Part shown: positions 17,781 to 27,887 of the stretch, piece by piece | Layout of the letters: each line of letters opens with the position of its first letter | How positions within the stretch are numbered: position 1 is the first letter of the stretch | NCBI GenBank assembly: GCA_045641985.1 | Contig: JAZUHY010000033.1 | Coordinates: 33,985 to 97,984, forward strand | Reading direction: 5' to 3' | Length of the DNA: 64,000 bases | Source: Candidatus Cryptobacteroides sp. | GTDB lineage: Bacteria > Bacteroidota > Bacteroidia > Bacteroidales > UBA932 | The notes under the pieces: model-generated | The model's database searches: none | What the model was told of the DNA's origin: nothing | What the model saw: only the letters and a program-made list of their open reading frames with translations | Translations under genes and position numbers: made by a program

Positions 17781-19424
17781 GTGATCCGTTCACTTCATAT
17801 AGAAAATTATGTATTGATAGACTCTCTGGATGTAACGTTTCCGGAGGGTTTGGTCATTATTACCGGCCAGACCGGTGCGGGAAAGTCAATCCTGCTCGGT
17901 GCGCTGTCCCTGATTCTCGGCTCAAAGGCTGATGCCTCCAACATCTCCGAGGGGGCGGGGACTTGCGTCGTGGAGGCGGAGTTCGATGTGGAAGGCAATG
18001 CCGAAATGCGGGAACTCCTGGAAGACAATGACGTCGATTGGGACGGAGGTCATCTGATTGTGAGGCGGGTACTGAACCGCAACGGCCGCTCCAGATCGTT
18101 CGTCAACGATTCTCCGGTAGCCGGAACCGTACTGGCCTCTTTGGGCTCTTCTCTGGTCGATATCCATTCGCAACATCAGAGCCTGCTGCTCTCCGACAGG
18201 AAATTTCAGCTGTCCGTCCTTGACGGGTTCGCCGGCATCACCGGTAGGGTGGATGCTTGCCGCGTCCTCTGGGCGGCTTACCGCTCAAAGCTTGAAGCGC
18301 TCGCGGAACTCCGTGAGTCTGCCGGCAGGATGGCCTTCGATTATGAATACAACTCTGCCAGGCTGAAGCAGCTGAAGGATGCCTGCCTGCGGGACGGAGA
18401 GCTGGAGGAACTTGAAGAGGAGCAGAAAATGCTTGCCAATGCGGAAGAGATAAAGCTCGCATTGGCCCAGGCTGTGACGCTGCGGCCCGATGCGGCCGTG
18501 AAGGATGCGGCCCGCTCCCTTTCGAAGATTACAGGATTTATGCCGTCATTGGCGGCTCTGTCCGGCAGGCTTGATTCTGCCAGAATAGAGCTTGCTGACA
18601 TATTCGATGAACTTGAATCCAGATGTGACGGTGTGGATTTCTCCGGAACCCGTCTGGAACAGGTGGAGGAGAGACTCTCACTCCTGTACGGACTCCTGAA
18701 GAAAAACTCCTGCGCCACGGTCCCGGAGCTCATTTCCCTCAGGGAAAAACTCGCTTCGGAGCTTGAGGGCTCTTCTTCCGTCGATGACAGGATAAAGGAT
18801 ATGGAGGCTGAGGTCGATGCGGCACGCAATGAATACTTGAAAACCTGTGGGGAACTTCACTGCAGTCGTATGGAAGCTTCAGCGCGCTTTGCCGGGATTC
18901 TTCGAGAATCCCTTGTAAGGCTGGAAATGGCAAGGGCGCTCTTCAAGGTTGAACTTGTCGATGCTCCACAGGGGCCTTGCGGCACCGATTCCGTGTGTTT
19001 CAAGTTCTCTTCAACCGGCTCGGCCCCGGTGGATGTGGCCAAATGCGCATCCGGAGGCGAAATTTCCAGAATAATGCTGTGCCTCAAATCGGTGATGGCC
19101 GGCTTCTCCGGAATGCCCACTCTGGTGTTCGACGAGATAGACACCGGGGTGTCCGGCAGTGTTGCGGACAGTATGGGCGCTATGATTTGTGAAATGGGGG
19201 AGAAGATGCAGGTGATAGCCATAACCCATCTTCCTCAAGTAGCCGCCAAGGGAAATGCCCATTTCGTGGTGTCCAAGACTATGGCCGCAGGCGGCGCTGC
19301 GGTATCCGGCTTGAAAGAGGTGAAAGGCGAGGACCGCATCAACGAGATAGCCAGGCTGTTGAGCGGCGCCACCATCACTCCCCAGGCAGTGGCGAATGCC
19401 AAGGCCCTATTGGATTGTGATTGA
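17781..19424 (+). CDS. recN: DNA repair protein RecN (GTG start)
   Basis: Walker A TGQTGAGKS, VDIHSQHQ, ASGGEISR, FDEIDTGVSG, ITHLPQVAA. Confidence 0.97.
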   Translation: MIRSLHIENYVLIDSLDVTFPEGLVIITGQTGAGKSILLGALSLILGSKADASNISEGAGTCVVEAEFDVEGNAEMRELLEDNDVDWDGGHLIVRRVLNRNGRSRSFVNDSPVAGTVLASLGSSLVDIHSQHQSLLLSDRKFQLSVLDGFAGITGRVDACRVLWAAYRSKLEALAELRESAGRMAFDYEYNSARLKQLKDACLRDGELEELEEEQKMLANAEEIKLALAQAVTLRPDAAVKDAARSLSKITGFMPSLAALSGRLDSARIELADIFDELESRCDGVDFSGTRLEQVEERLSLLYGLLKKNSCATVPELISLREKLASELEGSSSVDDRIKDMEAEVDAARNEYLKTCGELHCSRMEASARFAGILRESLVRLEMARALFKVELVDAPQGPCGTDSVCFKFSSTGSAPVDVAKCASGGEISRIMLCLKSVMAGFSGMPTLVFDEIDTGVSGSVADSMGAMICEMGEKMQVIAITHLPQVAAKGNAHFVVSKTMAAGGAAVSGLKEVKGEDRINEIARLLSGATITPQAVANAKALLDCD

Positions 19425-20588
19425 GTAATCCTGATTATAAATTACCCTTTTGACGGAAACGTTCTCCATCCCCGATTCCGTCTCCCTGAATCTGAATCCC
19501 GTCTGGAGACCGTCTCCGGGGAATTCCGGGAGTTTTCTGTACCACTGGCGTCCGAATTTGGAGCATATCTCCGTGAAGTACTTCATTGTGTCGTAGCCGT
19601 GGAATGCGAATGAGTTGGGTTCCGCGCGGAAGAGGGACCTGTAGGCAATGACGAAATTCCTGACATCCTCTCTGCTGTAATCGACCTGGTAGGTTGTGGT
19701 CAGGTGCACGTTGGCGCTGTGTATGAGTTCGACGTTGAGGTTCTCCAGAGACCGGACTCTGGAGGGGCAGAACAGAGATACGTTGTTGTGCTGCATCGCC
19801 AGCACCGAGACCTGTCGGACTGCTCCGGCTGTGAAATAATCCTTTTCCGAGCCCGTGATGAATATCGTTCTGCGTTCTTTGTCGCAGAACTTTCCGACGG
19901 ACATATATCCTGCCGTCAGGGAGAAGTCTGCGCCGATGCGCTTCAATTCGTCCACTATGACGTCCGGGGAATTGTCCGCGCTTTCGAGGAGCACAACCAG
20001 TCTGCCGTTGTCGGAATTTGTGCTTTCCCAGGCCCAGCGGGCCAATTCCCGAAGCTGTTCCTCCAGACTTGCGGGAACTTGCACCAGGTGACGGGTTGAC
20101 GTAAATTCGCGGCATCTCGGGTCGAGGGGAGACACAAGGACCTTGTTTCCCGGGCAGTGTTCCAGAGCCTTGCCCACTTCATCGAACCCTATGGGACCGA
20201 TGAAGACGTCGCTATCTTCCATCAGTTGCCCGGAGATGCTGCCGGTACTCGAATCGAAAGCCCTCAGATTTATTTTTTCGCCATTGTCTCCCATATCGCG
20301 TGCGGCGACCAGAGCCCCGCAGTAGAAATCAATGTTTCCTGCAGATGCGCTGTCTAGCGGCATTGCCAGAGTGACATTGGTGATTTCGGGAATATCAAGT
20401 ATGAAGGCCGGACTTGCAGTGGTGTCGGCAATTGACAGGGTGTCCGCCGCAAGTTTCACTGTGTCCGGCGTTGCCGCCGCCGCGCTCTCTGCGGGCACGG
20501 CTTTCCTGCTTACCTTGGAGCTGTCTTTGGCCGCAGCCCCGGGAAAGAGGTACCAGGGAATTATCAGTATGAACAGCAAGAGTTTCAT
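19407..20588 (-). CDS. Periplasmic type-1 binding-fold protein (C-terminal-domain homologue of Bacteroidetes LysM/PBP1 proteins)
   Basis: Signal peptide. VTLAMPL..DFYCGALVA, VFIGP and YRSLFRAEPNSFAFHGYD. No LysM domain seen. Confidence 0.6.
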   Translation of the reverse strand: MKLLLFILIIPWYLFPGAAAKDSSKVSRKAVPAESAAAATPDTVKLAADTLSIADTTASPAFILDIPEITNVTLAMPLDSASAGNIDFYCGALVAARDMGDNGEKINLRAFDSSTGSISGQLMEDSDVFIGPIGFDEVGKALEHCPGNKVLVSPLDPRCREFTSTRHLVQVPASLEEQLRELARWAWESTNSDNGRLVVLLESADNSPDVIVDELKRIGADFSLTAGYMSVGKFCDKERRTIFITGSEKDYFTAGAVRQVSVLAMQHNNVSLFCPSRVRSLENLNVELIHSANVHLTTTYQVDYSREDVRNFVIAYRSLFRAEPNSFAFHGYDTMKYFTEICSKFGRQWYRKLPEFPGDGLQTGFRFRETESGMENVSVKRVIYNQDYSITIQ

Positions 20589-20592
20589 TCCG

Positions 20593-21714
20593 CTATAATG
20601 ACTCAGCAAATATAATCAATTCCTTGCAGAATTCGGACCAGGACAGCCTTTCGCGTTCCGCGCTTATACAGGAAATGCATTTCCCTCTGATTGCACCGTC
20701 TCCGAAGTACCTCACGATTTCCGCTGCAACGGACTCCGGAGAAACCTCACTGCAAATGAGACCTGTCCCTCTGTTGCCAATAGTCTCCTTCAGGCCTCCG
20801 ACCGGAGTCACAATCATCGGGACGTCAAAGTGGTATGATACGGAACTCACTCCGCTCTGGGTGGCGCTTCTGTAGGGCAGCACAGTCACGTCTGCCGCGG
20901 AGAAATACTTTTTCACCTCCGAGTCCTTTATATAATTCAGAAAAGTGCGTATCCTGTCCTTCCCGCGACTGCCGTCAATCAGGGTTTGATAGACGTCGAA
21001 AGAACCGTACGGCTCTCCGGCTATGATGAGCTGGTAGCTGTCATCCAGCATTTCGAAGGCCTTCAGGAGAATGTCCAGCCCCTTGTATTGCCTGATGAGA
21101 CCGAAAAACAGGATGTTTTTCTTCCCCGCTTGAAGGCCCAGCATTTTTTCTGCTTCCTCCCGCGGGAGTTTGTTTCCGAAATGGGAATAGAGCGGGTGGT
21201 ATGCAATCTTGAATTTCGCCTTCGGCTTTACGGTCAGAAGGTCTCCGGCCACCTCTGAACATAGAGTAATGCAACCGTCAACCCCACTGAGGAAATAGCG
21301 GGTGAGCAATCTGTCGAAAGGCCGGCGTTCGTGCGGAATCACGTTGTCCAGAATGGCTGTCACCTTGCATCTCCGGTCCATTCTTCTTGCCACAAAACCA
21401 AGTGACGGCGCAAAGAAGGGCATCCAGTACCTGAGGATGAGGATGTCCGGCCGCCATTTGCGTATGGCGCGGGCCGTGCGCATCCAGGAAAAAGGATTGA
21501 CCGTATCCAACAGAGCCTCTGACTCTATGGATACGGCCTCATCTTCCGCTGTCACGTACTGCGTCCTTCCGGGGAAGAGAAAGTCGGGATACTGCCTCTT
21601 GAAGTTGAAGGCTCTGACCTCGTGGTCGCGGCACAACTGCGCATAAAGGCTGGCGTTGAACTGCGCGATACCTCCCCGGTATGGATGGAAACAGGACAGG
21701 ATGGCGATTCTCAC
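20593..21714 (-). CDS. Glycosyltransferase family 4
   Basis: HPYRGGIAQF, FFGLIRQYKGLD, LPYRSATQSGV. Confidence 0.92.
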   Translation of the reverse strand: MRIAILSCFHPYRGGIAQFNASLYAQLCRDHEVRAFNFKRQYPDFLFPGRTQYVTAEDEAVSIESEALLDTVNPFSWMRTARAIRKWRPDILILRYWMPFFAPSLGFVARRMDRRCKVTAILDNVIPHERRPFDRLLTRYFLSGVDGCITLCSEVAGDLLTVKPKAKFKIAYHPLYSHFGNKLPREEAEKMLGLQAGKKNILFFGLIRQYKGLDILLKAFEMLDDSYQLIIAGEPYGSFDVYQTLIDGSRGKDRIRTFLNYIKDSEVKKYFSAADVTVLPYRSATQSGVSSVSYHFDVPMIVTPVGGLKETIGNRGTGLICSEVSPESVAAEIVRYFGDGAIRGKCISCISAERERLSWSEFCKELIIFAESL

Positions 21715-21720
21715 GCCCTG

Positions 21721-22329
21721 TTATTCTGATTTCTTCGTTTTCACGTACTCGGCGTTGAGCCCGGCGAGGATGTCGTCCGTTACGTCGAGGCTGGCGTCAC
21801 CGGTCACAACGGGGGCGGGGAGGATGCTGCCCTGGCTGGCGATGATCATTGCATACCCCTTCTCCTCGTTGTACTTGTCGATGAAGGTCTTGATGGCATC
21901 GGCAATCTGGTTCATCATAACCTGCTGCTCCTCGGCAATCTCCTGCTGCTTCTGACCGGCATAGTTCTGGAAGTTGACCTGGTCCTGCTGGAGTTTCTCC
22001 TGCTGTGCCTGAGCCACGGAACTTACAAGCAGACCCTTGTTGATTTTGTCCTGGAAGTTCTTGATGTCCCTTTCAAGTTTGGAACCTCTGCGGTTGACCT
22101 CCTCGGTGATGCTCTGGGCCTTTGTCTCCACTACCGAACGCAGGTCGTTGGCCATATCATATTCCTCGAGGACCCTGTCGAGGTTGAAATATACGATGGA
22201 TCCAGCCGCGATTGTGCTCTCGCCTGCTTCTTTTGTTGTTTCTCCGGCCTTCTGCTTGCAGCCGAACGCGATTGTTGCGATTGCGCAGAGTGCTGCGAAA
22301 ACGCCGATTGCATTGATGATCTTTTTCAT
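21721..22329 (-). CDS. OmpH/Skp family chaperone (lipoprotein-type N-terminus)
   Basis: IVYFNLDRVL, coiled-coil Gln-rich core, D(V)TDDILAGLN. Confidence 0.85.
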   Translation of the reverse strand: MKKIINAIGVFAALCAIATIAFGCKQKAGETTKEAGESTIAAGSIVYFNLDRVLEEYDMANDLRSVVETKAQSITEEVNRRGSKLERDIKNFQDKINKGLLVSSVAQAQQEKLQQDQVNFQNYAGQKQQEIAEEQQVMMNQIADAIKTFIDKYNEEKGYAMIIASQGSILPAPVVTGDASLDVTDDILAGLNAEYVKTKKSE

Positions 22330-22379
22330 TTTATTGACAGAATATAATAATTCGCGAAATGATTATTCGACAAAGTTAA

Positions 22380-23099
22380 TCAAAAATTCCGAATCTCGGA
22401 GAGATATGCCCCTATTGTTTTCTCAAGACCGTTGTAAAGGGCGTCGCAGATGATGGCATGGCCTATCGAGACTTCGTCGGTCCAGGGGATTGTACTGGTG
22501 AAATACCTCAGGTTCTGCAGATTGAGGTCGTGGCCTGCATTGAGCCCGAGGCCGCATTCCCGCGCCGCCTCGGCCGCCTGCAGGTAATCCGTGATTGCCG
22601 CCGCAGGATTCGAGGGGTATTTCTCCGCATACATTGCTGTGTAAAGTTCCACTCTGTCGGCCCCGCACTCCGCGGCTCCTTCCGCCATTTGCGGGTCGGG
22701 ATTGATGAAGATTGAAGTGCGTATGCCGCAGGACTTGAACTGGGCGCATACGTCACGCAGGAAATCCCGGTTTCTGAGGGTATCCCAGCCGCAGTTTGAG
22801 GTTATTGCGTCAATTGCATCAGGAACAAGGGTGACCTGGTCGGGGCGGACTTCCATTACAAGTTCGCGGAATTTTCCGACAGGATTGCCCTCAATGTTGA
22901 GTTCCGTGCGTATGAGGGGTCTGATGGCCCTCACGTCCGAGTAGCGTATATGCCTTTCGTCCGGTCTCGGGTGAACTGTGATTCCCTGCGCGCCGAAGTT
23001 TTCGCAATCAAGAGCGGCTCTCGCAACGTCCGGAAGATTCCCTCCCCGGGCGTTCCGGAGTGTGGCTATCTTGTTTATATTGACGCTTAGTCTTGTCAT
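22380..23099 (-). CDS. pdxJ: Pyridoxine 5'-phosphate synthase
   Basis: [38 protein letters not shown]. Confidence 0.97.
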   Translation of the reverse strand: MTRLSVNINKIATLRNARGGNLPDVARAALDCENFGAQGITVHPRPDERHIRYSDVRAIRPLIRTELNIEGNPVGKFRELVMEVRPDQVTLVPDAIDAITSNCGWDTLRNRDFLRDVCAQFKSCGIRTSIFINPDPQMAEGAAECGADRVELYTAMYAEKYPSNPAAAITDYLQAAEAARECGLGLNAGHDLNLQNLRYFTSTIPWTDEVSIGHAIICDALYNGLEKTIGAYLSEIRNF

Positions 23100-23105
23100 A
23101 ACTCA

Positions 23106-23155
23106 CAAAAGTAATCAAATCCGTGCAATTATTATAAATATTTGTGTTAAATTTG
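23106..23155. promoter_or_regulatory. Divergent -7 boxes (pdxJ minus 23106-23113; nadK plus 23148-23155)
   Basis: TACTTTTG and TAAATTTG, 6 and 8 nt from the ATGs. Confidence 0.65.
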
Positions 23156-23163
23156 AAGGTTTT

Positions 23164-23958
23164 ATGAGAATTGCCTATTACATAAAGAAGTCTTCCCTCA
23201 AGGAGGATGAGAGGGTTGCGGAAGTTGTGCGCGGTCTTGAAAAAGGGGGCGCGCAACTATGCCGCCTTGTATCCCCGGAAGATCTTGATACTTCGGCCGA
23301 TATGCTCCTGAGTTTCGGTGGGGACGGGACTTTCCTGTCGGCCGCTGTGGCCTCACACCGTTTCGGAGTGCCTGTGCTCGGCATCAATCTGGGAAGGATG
23401 GGTTTTCTTGCCGGTGCGGGGCTTTCCGGCCTTGCCGCTCACATTCTGGCGGGAGAATATGAAGTCGAGGAACGTCAGATGCTGCGCGCTTCCGGCTGTT
23501 ATGCCCTGAACGAGGTGTCTTTATGCAGAGTGGGGGCATACACCGTCGGCGTTGACGTGGAGATTGACGGTCGGGCCCTTCCCACTTATTGGGCCGACGG
23601 ACTGCTCATTGCGACCACGTCCGGGTCCACGGCCTACAACCTGAGTGTGGGAGGTCCCATCTGTATGCCGGGTTCGAGGGTGTTCGTGATTTCTCCCATC
23701 GCCCCGCACAATCTGGGCGTGAGGCCGTTGGTGATTCCGGACAGCTCGAAAGTGCGCCTGTCGGTCAAGTCGAGATGCGGCAGGGCCGTGTTCTCCTGTG
23801 ACAATCGTGTCACGGAGGTTCCCGACGGTTTTTCCGTTGATGTCAGCCTGGCTGAAAAGCCTCTGAAATGTGTGAAGATAGGGGATTCCAATTTCATAGA
23901 TGCCCTCAGAAACCGTTTTTTCTGGGGACAGGACGTGAGAAACACCACAGAACAGTGA
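23164..23958 (+). CDS. nadK: NAD kinase
   Basis: GGDGT, GINLGRMGFL, LNE, DGL.IATTSGSTAYNLS.GGPI. Confidence 0.95.
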   Translation: MRIAYYIKKSSLKEDERVAEVVRGLEKGGAQLCRLVSPEDLDTSADMLLSFGGDGTFLSAAVASHRFGVPVLGINLGRMGFLAGAGLSGLAAHILAGEYEVEERQMLRASGCYALNEVSLCRVGAYTVGVDVEIDGRALPTYWADGLLIATTSGSTAYNLSVGGPICMPGSRVFVISPIAPHNLGVRPLVIPDSSKVRLSVKSRCGRAVFSCDNRVTEVPDGFSVDVSLAEKPLKCVKIGDSNFIDALRNRFFWGQDVRNTTEQ

Positions 23959-23959
23959 T

Positions 23960-24640
23960 ATGGAAAAACTGAGCAAGATACCGGAGCACGTATCCATCAT
24001 TATGGATGGAAACGGGAGATGGGCCAGGGAGCGCGGCAAGGAACGTGTGTTCGGCCATTTTGAAGGAGTGGAAAGCGTCAGGGCGGTGACGGAGGCCTGC
24101 ATTGAATGGGGAGTGAAGTATCTGTCCCTGTTCGCGTTCTCGGAGGAGAATTGGGGAAGACCCGATGCGGAAGTGCAGTCATTGATGTTACTTATGGCCA
24201 AATCCGCACGGAACGAACTTCCCGTATTTATGAAGCACGGCGTGCGTTTTGTCGTCTTGGGCAACAGGGAAAGGCTTGGTGCTGAGCTTAACGATACTAT
24301 AGACGAGGTGTCTTCCCTGACTGCCGGCAACGACAGGCTGGTGTTCATTCTGTTCATCAGTTACAGCGGGAAGTGGGATATCAACCAGGCTGCCAGACGT
24401 ATGGCGGAGGCGGGGGAGGATGACATAGAACCGTTCCTTGTGACGGCGGGCATTCCGGATCCCGACCTCATAATCCGCACTTCCGGAGAAAAACGGCTCA
24501 GCAATTTCCTGCTCTGGCAGGCGGCATATTCCGAATTGGTGTTTGTCGATAATCTTTGGCCCGATTTTAGAAAGGAAAGTTTCCGCGCGGCGCTGGAAGA
24601 GTTCGCTTCGCGTGAAAGACGTTTCGGAAAAATCAAATAA
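23960..24640 (+). CDS. uppS: Undecaprenyl-diphosphate synthase (isoprenyl transferase)
   Basis: IIMDGNGRWA, FSEENWGR, IRTSGEKRLSNFLLWQ. Confidence 0.97.
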   Translation: MEKLSKIPEHVSIIMDGNGRWARERGKERVFGHFEGVESVRAVTEACIEWGVKYLSLFAFSEENWGRPDAEVQSLMLLMAKSARNELPVFMKHGVRFVVLGNRERLGAELNDTIDEVSSLTAGNDRLVFILFISYSGKWDINQAARRMAEAGEDDIEPFLVTAGIPDPDLIIRTSGEKRLSNFLLWQAAYSELVFVDNLWPDFRKESFRAALEEFASRERRFGKIK

Positions 24641-24665
24641 AAGGCGTATATTTGCAGACTTTCAG

Positions 24666-27281
24666 ATGAGTAATACGATAAAACGGTTGGCATTGTTGTT
24701 GGGCGTGGTTCTTTCGTCCTATGGCGCATTCTCGCAGGAGAGTGCCGTCACCATAGACTACAACCGTCCGCAGAAATACATAGTAGCCGGTGTGTCCGTG
24801 GAAGGGAACACTTATTTCAGCGATTCTCAGATTATACAGCAGACAGGTCTGGAAAAGGGAATGGAACTGACGGTCCCCGGAGAGGATGTTTCCAATATCG
24901 TCAGGCGCTTGTGGCTCCAGCGCAAATTCGAAGACATAGCGTTCTCCATAGACAGCCTGACTGCCGGCGGGGATTCCGCTTATTTCAGGATTACCATTGT
25001 GGAGAGGCCGCGAGTGTCGAGATGGACGTTCACCGGAGTGAAGACCGGCGACAAGAAGGAGCTGATGGAAAGGCTGCATCTGCGAAGGGGCGGCGAGTTC
25101 TCCGAGTATGTTGAAAGGACGTCCATCGACATAATCAAGCGCTACTTCGCGGAGAAAGGTTTTCTCAAGGCGGAGGTGAAGGCGGAAGTGCAGAAGGACA
25201 CCATCGTAAAGCGGGCCATCAAGGTGAATTTCGCCGTCAACAGGGGCGACAAGATACGCATCAAGACGATAAATTTCATAGGCAACGACCACGTCAAGGA
25301 ATTCAAGCTTGCGCGCTCTATGAAGAAAACAAAGTCCAGTAAGTGGTATAACCTCTTCAGCAGCAAGAAGTTCGTTGAGAAGGAGTATCCCAACGACAAG
25401 AAGGAACTCCTGAGCAAGTTCAACGAAGCCGGATACAGGGATGCGCGCATCGTCAAGGATTCCATTTACTATGTGGATGACAAACACCTCGGCATCGACA
25501 TTACCGTGGAAGAGGGCGACAAATATTATTTCAGGGATCTCAGCTGGACCGGAAATTCCGTCTTTACAACAGAAGGTCTGAATGAGATAATGGCCTTGAA
25601 GAAAGGAGACGTGTATGATATGGTGTCGATGAACAAGCGCCTGTATGGCGGCGGCAAGCAGAACGAGTACGACGTGTCCAAGCTTTACAGGGACCACGGC
25701 TACCTGTTCTTCAACGTCACTCCCGTCGAGACCAATATCCAGAATGACTCCGTGGATGTGGAATTCCGCATTTCCGAGGGCAAGCCTGCAACACTCAACA
25801 AGATTATAATCAACGGCAACGACCTCACCAACGAGAAAGTCGTCAGGCGTCAGGTATTCACCCGACCGGGATATCTTTTCAGCCAGACCGACTTCGAGCG
25901 TTCGATCAGGGAAATAGCATCTCTGGGCCAGTTCGACCCCGAGTCCATCTCCGATCCGTCCACCGGCTATTCCATCATTCCCAATCAGGCGAACAACACC
26001 GTTGATATCATTTACAACGTTACCGAGAAACCTTCCAGCCAGCTGGAGCTTTCGGGAGGTTGGGGAGGCAATACCTTCGTGGCCACGGTGGGCGTGAGCT
26101 TCAACAACTTCTCCACCCACAGATTCCTGGACAAGAGTGCCTGGCGTCCCGTTCCTCTGGGAGATGCGCAGAACCTGGCCTTCCGTTTCCAAACCAACGG
26201 AACCTACTACACGGCTCTGACCGCAAGTTTCACGGAGCCTTGGCTTACCGGGAAGAAACCGACGTCCCTGAACCTGTCGGCCTATTACACCAGGCAGACC
26301 AATTCCTATCTGGCTCTCAATATACTCAGCAACGACAGGCAGATGGAGGTCTATGGCTTCTCCGCTTCGATAGGTACGCGTCTCAAGTGGCCGGACAATT
26401 ACTTTGTCCTCTATAACGGACTCAGTTGGCAGACATATAAGTTGACCAACTGGTTCTCCGGATATTTCATCTTCGCCGACGGCACTTCCAACAACATCAA
26501 CTACTCGTTGAGCCTGGTACGCAACTCTTCCGACCAGCAGATTTATCCGCGTTCGGGTTCGGAATTCTCGCTGTCGCTGCAGCTGACCCCTCCTTTCTCC
26601 CTCTTCAGGAAGCATACCTATGACGCTGAAGGGAACAAGGTGCCTGTAGGCAGTTGGAGGGATATCGACTACGATGCCATAGATGAGAACACCGGCAAGT
26701 TCCTGTGGTCCGCACAGAACCGTTACAGGTGGATTGAGTATCACAAGTGGAAGTTCTCGGCGACCAACTACACCAAGATTGTCGGCGACCTCGTCCTTAT
26801 GACAAGGGCACAGTTCGGATATCTCGGTTACTATAACCGCAATTGGGGGTACTCTCCGTTCGAGGGCTTCCTCGTAGGCGGTGACGGAATGTCGGGCTAC
26901 AACTCGTACGGCTCCGAAGTGATTTCCCTGAGGGGATACGAAAACTACTCGCTTACACCGTATCAGTTCACGCAGTACAATGCCGAGTCCGGCAACTACG
27001 CCTATGCCGGCAACGTGTACGACAAGTTCACCGTCGAGCTGCGTTACCCCGTGATTCTGCAACCCTCATCCACGATTTATGCGCTCGCATTCCTTGAGGG
27101 AGGCAATTGCTGGTCGGATATCAGATATTTCAATCCTTTCCAGATAAAGAGAAGCGCCGGTGTCGGCGTCAGGATTTTCCTCCCGATGGTAGGACTCCTG
27201 GGTGTTGACTGGGGCTATGGATTTGATGATGCAACCAAGGGTGGAAGCCAGTTCCACTTTGTGATAGGACAACAATTCTAA
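24666..27281 (+). CDS. bamA: Outer-membrane protein assembly factor BamA
   Basis: Signal peptide, POTRA repeats, ISLRGY motif, C-terminal FHFVIGQQF. A -7 box TATATTTG lies at 24647-24654. Confidence 0.97.
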   Translation: MSNTIKRLALLLGVVLSSYGAFSQESAVTIDYNRPQKYIVAGVSVEGNTYFSDSQIIQQTGLEKGMELTVPGEDVSNIVRRLWLQRKFEDIAFSIDSLTAGGDSAYFRITIVERPRVSRWTFTGVKTGDKKELMERLHLRRGGEFSEYVERTSIDIIKRYFAEKGFLKAEVKAEVQKDTIVKRAIKVNFAVNRGDKIRIKTINFIGNDHVKEFKLARSMKKTKSSKWYNLFSSKKFVEKEYPNDKKELLSKFNEAGYRDARIVKDSIYYVDDKHLGIDITVEEGDKYYFRDLSWTGNSVFTTEGLNEIMALKKGDVYDMVSMNKRLYGGGKQNEYDVSKLYRDHGYLFFNVTPVETNIQNDSVDVEFRISEGKPATLNKIIINGNDLTNEKVVRRQVFTRPGYLFSQTDFERSIREIASLGQFDPESISDPSTGYSIIPNQANNTVDIIYNVTEKPSSQLELSGGWGGNTFVATVGVSFNNFSTHRFLDKSAWRPVPLGDAQNLAFRFQTNGTYYTALTASFTEPWLTGKKPTSLNLSAYYTRQTNSYLALNILSNDRQMEVYGFSASIGTRLKWPDNYFVLYNGLSWQTYKLTNWFSGYFIFADGTSNNINYSLSLVRNSSDQQIYPRSGSEFSLSLQLTPPFSLFRKHTYDAEGNKVPVGSWRDIDYDAIDENTGKFLWSAQNRYRWIEYHKWKFSATNYTKIVGDLVLMTRAQFGYLGYYNRNWGYSPFEGFLVGGDGMSGYNSYGSEVISLRGYENYSLTPYQFTQYNAESGNYAYAGNVYDKFTVELRYPVILQPSSTIYALAFLEGGNCWSDIRYFNPFQIKRSAGVGVRIFLPMVGLLGVDWGYGFDDATKGGSQFHFVIGQQF

Positions 27282-27296
27282 ACAACAAACAACAAT

Positions 27297-27869
27297 ATGA
27301 AAAAGATTTTTTTGATTGCCGCAGCGGCTATTGTTTCTTTCAGCGCTTTCGCACAGCCCAAATTCGCTCACGTTAATATGAACGAACTTGTTCAGCTTAT
27401 GCCCGAAATGGACCAGGCTCGCAAGGTGATGGATACCTCCAGCAAGGAGGCTCAGGAGACATACCAGTCAATGGTATCGGAGTTCAACGCCAAATACCAG
27501 AGTTATGAGCAGGTGGCGGCTACTGCCTCACAGGCAATCCGTGAGGCCAAGGAAAAGGAATTGACCGATATGCAGCAGCGCATCGGCGAGTTCCAGCAGA
27601 CTATCCAGGCCGAACTTCAGCAGAAGCAGCAGGAACTTATGGCTCCCATCGCCGAGAAGGCCCAGAAGACCGTCAACGACATTGCCAAGGCAAACGGCTA
27701 CATCTATGTGTTTGACGTCGTTTCTATCCTTTATGTGGATGCAACTCAGAGTGCCGACATCACCGCTCAGGCCCGCAAGGCCCTCAACATCCCTGACGAC
27801 AGGACACTTGAAACTTTGGCACAGGAACTTCAGGCCGCTCAGCAGGCAGCTGCGGCAGAGACAAAATAA
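27297..27869 (+). CDS. skp: OmpH/Skp family chaperone
   Basis: Signal peptide, KFAHVN..LVQLMPE, GYIYVFD; downstream of bamA. Confidence 0.9.
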   Translation: MKKIFLIAAAAIVSFSAFAQPKFAHVNMNELVQLMPEMDQARKVMDTSSKEAQETYQSMVSEFNAKYQSYEQVAATASQAIREAKEKELTDMQQRIGEFQQTIQAELQQKQQELMAPIAEKAQKTVNDIAKANGYIYVFDVVSILYVDATQSADITAQARKALNIPDDRTLETLAQELQAAQQAAAAETK

Positions 27870-27887
27870 CATTTAAAAATCAACTGA

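Noticed and set aside
17451-19424. rpoZ directly followed by recN, without the coaBC/DUF4835 genes I recall at this position in some Bacteroidota
   Set aside because: Simple gene-order variation with no scar or remnant in the 6-nt spacer.
24633-27062. 809-aa antisense ORF opposite bamA
   Set aside because: It is in exact codon register with bamA. Antisense stops need sense TTA/CTA/TCA codons, which this GC3-rich gene avoids. The product has no recognisable motifs.
21721-27869. Two Skp/OmpH paralogues near bamA
   Set aside because: Multiple Skp genes are normal in Bacteroidota.
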